Assembly (NCBI RefSeq): GCF_004010195.1
Contig: NC_057751.1
Span: forward strand, 13,726,267-13,776,385
Length of the DNA: 50,119 nt
Source: Chiloscyllium plagiosum
Lineage: Eukaryota
Direction of reading: 5' to 3'
The notes beneath the pieces are model-generated. The model searched no databases and had not been told where the DNA came from. It was given only the letters and a program-made list of their open reading frames with translations. Each line of letters starts with the position of its first letter. Position 1 is the first letter of the stretch. This document shows positions 48,814-50,119 of the stretch, in pieces. Position numbers and translations under genes: made by a program.

Positions 48814-48950
48814 TTGAATTGCTTTTTATTTCACTGTTTCGCTCCATCTGTTGACATGATCTTTAGGCTTATTGTTATTGGATTAGTGCTACAGATCGTT
48901 TTCACACCGTTCCATGAATTCAGCGAGGTGCCATATAGTTCACAGTTTTA

Positions 48951-49071
48951 CATAAGACATAGGAGCAGAAATTAGTCTATTCAGCCCATCAAGTTTGCTC
49001 TGCCATTTAATCATGGCTGTTACATTTCTCAATCCCATTCTCCCACTGTAAGACCATAAAACAGAGGAGCA
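48951..49071 (-). mobile_element. CR1 3' tail plus a second short tail copy
   Basis: CATAAGACATAGGAGCAG... then TAAGACCATAAAACAGAGGAGCAG; same subfamily as 15047. Confidence 0.75.
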
Positions 49072-49295
49072 GTTTTGACAGCTCCACGTGATTATAAACT
49101 GTTTAATAAATGCCAATCAATTCAAATGCTTAACTTTATAAGTGATTGAAGGACGTTAAATGCAGTGAATATGTGCTCATCAGTAAGTGTTTTATTTTGT
49201 TTACAATTGTGAATTATTCAATCTCTGGAAAGGCAGTGGTAAGGTCACTGGAATTTAAAGCAAATGTGCTGTGAGCATGGGTTGGAATCTCACCA

Positions 49296-49501
49296 CTGAA
49301 AAATGTGTTGCTGGAAAAGCACAGCAGGTCAGGCAGCATCCAAGGAGCAAGAGAATCGACGTTTCGGGCATAAGCCCTTCTTCAGGCTTATGCCGGAAAC
49401 GTCGATTCTCCTGCTACTTGGATGCTGCCTGACCTGCAGCGCTTTTTCAGCATCACATTTTTCAGCTCTGATCTCCAGCATCTGCAGTCCTCACTTTCTC
49501 C
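49296..49501 (+). mobile_element. Fold-back PLE terminus, family A, 14-bp TSD
   Basis: Arms 49296-~49377 and ~49385-49465; TSD TTGGAATCTCACCA at 49282-49295 and 49502-49515. Confidence 0.93.
49358..49385 (-). ncRNA. Minimal hammerhead core, family A
   Basis: CUGAAGA-A-GGGC(UUAU)GCCC-GAAA-CG-UC. Confidence 0.72.
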
Positions 49502-49899
49502 TTGGAATCTCACCATAACAGATTATGAAAATTGAATTCAATTAATAAATCTAACATAAAAAGCTAGCCCAATGGGGACCATGTAATCATTGTTGAATAT
49601 TACAAAAAACAATCTGGTTAACGACTGTCTTTAGGCAGGGAAATCTGCCATCTTTACATGTTCTGGCCTACATGTCACTCCAGGCCACAGTAACGTATTC
49701 CGGGCAATTAAGGATGGGTAATAAATGCTGCTCACATCCCATGAACTGATTTAAGAAACACGACTTAAGAACTTTATTTAATATCAGCAAGGATGTTGAG
49801 GAGTGAATCTGGTAAATATTGAGTGATTTGTTGTCGTGTTGGCAAAATTAATGCCTTCAAGTTACAAGCTAACAAACCAAATTAATTTGAAAGATACAG

Positions 49900-50119
49900 A
49901 CTGTAGGGAAATAGATAGTGACATCTTGCAAAATGTCCAGATTACAGAGGACGAAGTGCTGGATGTCTTGAAACGGTTAAAAGTGGATAAATCCCCAGGA
50001 CCTGATCAGGTGTACCCGAGAACTCTGTGGGAAGCTAGAGAAGTGATTGCTGGGCCTCTTGCTGAGATATTTGTATCATCGATAGTCACAGGTGAGGTGC
50101 CAGAAGACTGGAGGTTGGC
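49900..50119 (+). mobile_element. CR1/HER1 ORF2 fragment running off the window, well preserved
   Basis: Open frame ITEDEVLDVLKRLKVDKSPGPDQVYPRTLWEAREVIAGPLAEIFVSSIVTGEVPEDWRL (pre-RT KSPGPD motif). Confidence 0.93.

Larger units (their letters stand above)
49232..49750 (+). mobile_element. Old tRNA-headed SINE interrupted by a PLE fold-back
   Basis: A-box-like GGCAGTGGTAA, B-box-like GGGTTGGAATCTC, body TCTGGCCTACATGTCACTCCAG, tail GGGCAATTAAGGATGGGTAATAAATGCTG. Confidence 0.65.

Noticed and set aside
435..49501. Palindromic repeats as CRISPR arrays, pre-miRNAs or DNA-transposon MITEs
   Set aside because: They are dispersed with no spacers or cas genes. Arms are asymmetric, TSDs are long and variable, and the sequence is contiguous with a GIY-YIG ORF at 41468, so a PLE origin explains them.
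442..49518. Recurring small ORFs containing LLGCCLTCCAFPAP or WKSTAGQAAS, resembling a peptide family
   Set aside because: They are readings of the non-coding PLE terminal repeat, with inconsistent starts and frames between copies.

Overview
This is a repeat-dominated, non-coding vertebrate window, almost certainly from a shark or ray: it carries HE1-type V-SINEs with CR1/HER1-type LINE tails and a SacSINE1-like Deu-SINE (taxon is inferred from repeat families recalled from memory). I can support no intact protein-coding gene; the recognisable ORFs are transposon debris. Contents: many CR1-type LINE fragments (one nested, one tail-to-tail junction), a second non-LTR family with a partner SINE, Penelope-like element (PLE) fragments (RT YIDD motif, GIY-YIG tail), Tigger-like MITEs, Harbinger transposase and Myb/SANT relics, a Gypsy integrase relic and a clean 595-bp solo LTR. 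The most interesting structure is a set of ~200-300 bp fold-back PLE termini with target-site duplications (TSDs) up to 14 bp. They carry minimal hammerhead-ribozyme cores from two PLE families, and their fold-back points fall at the ribozyme core. A unique CpG-enriched stretch at ~17.7-18.9 kb has ISRE-, CRE-, ETS- and NF-kB-like motifs and a possible signal-peptide exon, so it may be a promoter. Boundaries of old repeats are approximate and all alignments were made by eye.
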